NCBI GenBank assembly: GCA_963664305.2
Contig: CAXXLV010000002.1
Coordinates: forward strand, 480,001-544,000
Reading direction: 5' to 3'
From: an uncultured Aliarcobacter sp.
GTDB lineage: Bacteria > Campylobacterota > Campylobacteria > Campylobacterales > Arcobacteraceae
DNA: 64,000 bases
The position numbers were made by a program, and so were the translations under genes. A model generated the notes under the pieces. The model saw nothing but the letters and a program-made list of their open reading frames with translations. It had not been told where the DNA came from and made no database searches. Position 1 is the stretch's first letter. The number at the start of each line of letters is the position of its first letter. Positions 60,966-64,000 of the stretch are shown piece by piece.

Positions 60966-63056
60966 ATGGATTTTATAAAAAATAGCGTAAATTTGAATAC
61001 GGGCACGATAGAAGAAAAAAGAGAAGAAATAAAAAAACAATTTTTACAAACTTATGAAATAGATGAAAAACTTTTTGATTTATTAAAAGAAAAAGAGTTT
61101 ATTTATCAACAACCAAATAGACTTAGACATCCACTTATTTTTTATTATGGACATACAGCAACTTTTTTTGTAAATAAATTGGTTCTTGCAAATATTTTAA
61201 AACAAAGAGTAAATAAAGAGTTTGAATCAATTTTTGCTATTGGTGTTGATGAAATGAGTTGGGATGATTTGAACTCTGGAAATTATAAATGGCCAACATT
61301 TGAAGAAGTAAAATCTTACAGAGATAGAGTTAAAGAAATAATTTTAGATTTGATTGATAATATTGAATTTTCTATGCCAATAAACTGGGATTCTCCTATG
61401 TGGGTTATTTTAATGGGAATAGAACATGAAAATATTCATATAGAAACAAGTTCAGTATTACTTAGAGAATTGGATATAAAATATTTAAAAGAAGAAGAGA
61501 TATTTGAATATGTAAATGAATTTTCAAAAGAATATCCAAATAATGAGCTTATTGATGTAAAAGAAGGTGAAGTTTTATTACAAAAAGATAGAAAAAATCC
61601 AATATATTATGGTTGGGATAATGAGTTTTCATATCACAAATCATTTATAAAAGATTTCCAAGCTTCAAAATATCTAGTTTCAAATGGAGAATTTTTAGAA
61701 TTCGTAAAAGAGGGTGGATATAATAAACCTGAATTTTTTTCAAAAGAGGGACGAGAGTGGCTCGATTTTACACAAGCGAAATATCCAACATTTTGGATAA
61801 AAAAAGATGAAGAGTATTTTTTAAGAGAAATAAATAGAATAATTCCTTTACCACTTAATTATCCAGTTGATGTAAATCTTTATGAAGCTGAAGCATTTTG
61901 TAAATATAAAAGCCAAAAGTTAGGTTTTGAAGTTAGACTTCCAAGTGAAGATGAATATTATAGACTTTATGATTTTGTTAAAGCAGATACAAAAAAATCA
62001 AATATTGGACTTAAACAATTTAACCAAAGTAGGGTTGATAAGTATAATTTTGATGAATTTTATGATGTAGTTGGAAATGTTTGGCAATGGAGTTTAACAC
62101 CAATTTATCCTTTTGATGATTTTATAACTCATCCAATTTATGATGATTTTACAACTCCAACTTTTGATGATAGACATGCTTTGATAAAAGGTGGTTCATT
62201 TATTAGTTTAGGAAATGAAACTTTAAGAAGTGCTAGATATGCATTTAGAAAACACTTTTTTCAGCATGCAGGATTTAGATATGTTAAATCTTCAAATGAA
62301 TATAGAACAAAATTAAATGATAATGTTTATGAAACAGATGAATTGATTTCTCAGTATTGTGAATTTCATTATGGAAAAGAAAATTTTGGAATTAAAAATT
62401 TTTGTGTAAATTCAGTTGAATTATTAAAACCATATGTAAAAGATTTAAAAACTTCTAAAGCTCTTGATTTAGGTTGCTCTGTAGGACGAGCAAGTTTTGA
62501 GTTAGCAAAAATATATGATGAAGTATTAGGAATTGATTTTAGTGCAAACTTTATAAATGTTGGAGTTAAACTAAAACTTTATGATTCTTTAATTTATAAA
62601 GTTAAAAAAGAGGGTGAAATTTTTGAAGAAAAATCTGTTTCTTTAAAAGATTTAGATTTAGAAGAAATTAAAGAAAAAGTATCTTTTATGCAAGGTGATG
62701 CTTGTAATTTAAAAGATATTTATACAGGTTATGATTTGATATTTTGTTCAAATTTAATAGATAGATTATATTATCCACAAAAGTTTTTAGATGATATTCC
62801 AAATAGAGTAAATAAAGAAGGTCTTCTAGTTCTTTTAAGTCCTTATACTTGGCTGGAAGAATATACGCCAAAAAGTAATTGGCTTGGAGGTTTTATTAAA
62901 GATAATAAAGAAGTATCAACTTTTGATACTTTAAAAGAAAATTTATCTTCTAGTTTTGAATTAGTTGATGTTTTAGATGTTCCTTTTGTAATAAAAGAGA
63001 CAAATAGAAAATATCAACATACTATTTCTCAGATGTCAATTTGGAAGAAAAAATAG
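60966..63056 (+). CDS. ovoA: 5-histidylcysteine sulfoxide synthase / methyltransferase (ovothiol biosynthesis)
   Basis: LRHPLIFYYGHT, GVDEMSWDDL, iron motif HENIHIE (HX3HXE), FGE-sulfatase region (YGWDNE, GNVWQW, HPIYDDF, FRKHFFQHAGFR), and SAM motif LDLGCSVGR. Confidence 0.93.
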   Translation: MDFIKNSVNLNTGTIEEKREEIKKQFLQTYEIDEKLFDLLKEKEFIYQQPNRLRHPLIFYYGHTATFFVNKLVLANILKQRVNKEFESIFAIGVDEMSWDDLNSGNYKWPTFEEVKSYRDRVKEIILDLIDNIEFSMPINWDSPMWVILMGIEHENIHIETSSVLLRELDIKYLKEEEIFEYVNEFSKEYPNNELIDVKEGEVLLQKDRKNPIYYGWDNEFSYHKSFIKDFQASKYLVSNGEFLEFVKEGGYNKPEFFSKEGREWLDFTQAKYPTFWIKKDEEYFLREINRIIPLPLNYPVDVNLYEAEAFCKYKSQKLGFEVRLPSEDEYYRLYDFVKADTKKSNIGLKQFNQSRVDKYNFDEFYDVVGNVWQWSLTPIYPFDDFITHPIYDDFTTPTFDDRHALIKGGSFISLGNETLRSARYAFRKHFFQHAGFRYVKSSNEYRTKLNDNVYETDELISQYCEFHYGKENFGIKNFCVNSVELLKPYVKDLKTSKALDLGCSVGRASFELAKIYDEVLGIDFSANFINVGVKLKLYDSLIYKVKKEGEIFEEKSVSLKDLDLEEIKEKVSFMQGDACNLKDIYTGYDLIFCSNLIDRLYYPQKFLDDIPNRVNKEGLLVLLSPYTWLEEYTPKSNWLGGFIKDNKEVSTFDTLKENLSSSFELVDVLDVPFVIKETNRKYQHTISQMSIWKKK

Positions 63057-63078
63057 AGTTTTTATACTCTATTTTTTT
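63048..63078. terminator. Bidirectional hairpin overlapping both stop codons
   Basis: AAAAAATAGAGT-TTTTAT-ACTCTATTTTTT. Confidence 0.65.
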
Positions 63079-63625
63079 GTTTTACTTGCTCCATTAGTTT
63101 TAGTTGATCAGCTACACTTAGACTTAATATTTGGTTCTCTTTTACAGAAGTACCATTTTTATTATTTGTAAAAGTTTCTTTCAGCCCATTTATTTTTTCT
63201 TCAATCTCTTTTTTTATAGGGAAAGTATTATTTAGATTTTCATTTGTATTTCTGATTGATCTTCCTGTAACCTTTTCTTGAGCTTGAATTAATGTTGTTT
63301 TTATATCTTTTAATGTTGATTCAATTTCACTTAGAGATAAATTTCCATCAGATGATTTTTTCTTTTTTAGATTTTCTAATTTGTCTAAAAGTTCTTTTAT
63401 CTTTTCTAATTCATCTTCTGTAAAACCTGTTTTTAGTAGAGATAATATATCTTTTACTAATGCTTCTCTTTCATTGTTTTCAATTTTTACATTATTTTCT
63501 TTATCATTATCCTTTTCCATTAATGAATCAAAAGAATTGATTGAATTTTCATCTTTATCTTTTGATAAAAGAGAATCTTTTGTTGATGTACCAAATAATG
63601 AATTTGTAGAAGTTGTTATTTGCAT
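63062..63625 (-). CDS. Hypothetical coiled-coil protein
   Basis: 187-aa ORF rich in K/E/N, with a Ser/Thr-rich N-terminus. Confidence 0.7.
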   Translation of the reverse strand: MQITTSTNSLFGTSTKDSLLSKDKDENSINSFDSLMEKDNDKENNVKIENNEREALVKDILSLLKTGFTEDELEKIKELLDKLENLKKKKSSDGNLSLSEIESTLKDIKTTLIQAQEKVTGRSIRNTNENLNNTFPIKKEIEEKINGLKETFTNNKNGTSVKENQILSLSVADQLKLMEQVKQKNRV

Positions 63626-63667
63626 AAAAAGCCTTTTAAATAAAAAATTTTATGTATAATAATTTTT

Positions 63668-64000
63668 ATGATTATTAGTAAAATAAAAAGTAAACAAATT
63701 GTAACAATTATTTTCTTATTTTTTCTATTTTTATTAAACCTTTCCATTGAATATAGTAAATATTTAGATTTAGTAGATGAAGAGATTTATGAAACAAAAG
63801 TTGAAGTTTTGAATATTTATAAAAAAGAAGAATTTAATATCTTAAGATTAAAAGCAGATAATTTTGACTTTTTTACAAATATAGATAAAAGTGAGAATAT
63901 AAAAAAATTTGATTTATTAAATCTTGTTTTTATTTCAAAAAATATAAGTTTTTTAGATTATCTAAAAGGTTTTTATACAAAAACTATTTATTTTGACATT
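63668..64000 (+). CDS. comEC: ComEC/Rec2 competence protein, N-terminal part (runs off window; not in ORF track)
   Basis: Open frame MIISKIKSKQIVTIIFLFFLFLLNLSIEY...ISFLDYLKGFY, resembling the N-terminus of Campylobacterota ComEC. TATAAT lies 7 nt upstream. The competence domain itself is not in the window. Confidence 0.6.
   Translation, partial: MIISKIKSKQIVTIIFLFFLFLLNLSIEYSKYLDLVDEEIYETKVEVLNIYKKEEFNILRLKADNFDFFTNIDKSENIKKFDLLNLVFISKNISFLDYLKGFYTKTIYFDI

Overview
Very AT-rich chromosomal window from a Campylobacterota bacterium, most likely Arcobacteraceae (Arcobacter/Aliarcobacter). This rests on the protein sequences, the fused CcsBA, the dimeric dUTPase, the argG/S4/tsaE/lptB gene order and the density of signalling genes. 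Much of it is housekeeping (ligA, cmoB, trpB, dnaJ, recR, argG, trpD, tsaE, lptB, kdsB, polA, lgt, partial comEC), with 11 two-component or c-di-GMP genes. I saw no rRNA, tRNA, CRISPR array, transposase or prophage. The best candidate for an undescribed system is a tightly coupled four-gene operon at 36113-42224 (- strand). It encodes an M20 glutamate-carboxypeptidase-like enzyme, a RimK-like ATP-grasp ligase, a second atypical ATP-grasp fused to two ComEA-like helix-hairpin-helix modules, and a large M14 carboxypeptidase with FN3/beta-sandwich domains. A PhoB/OmpR-type direct repeat lies 10 bp upstream of its -10 element. It looks like a regulated, reversible peptide ligation and removal system that may be targeted to DNA. 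Other notable items: an rraA-like/GGCT/membrane-TPR/ovoA (ovothiol) operon, an HTH-fused dUTPase, an unlisted 58-aa four-Cys ORF, a duplicated LRR-like protein, a tandem pair of degenerate GGDEF proteins, four candidate leaderless genes, and no rpoN at its usual position after lptB. All calls come from motif recognition by eye; no searches were run.
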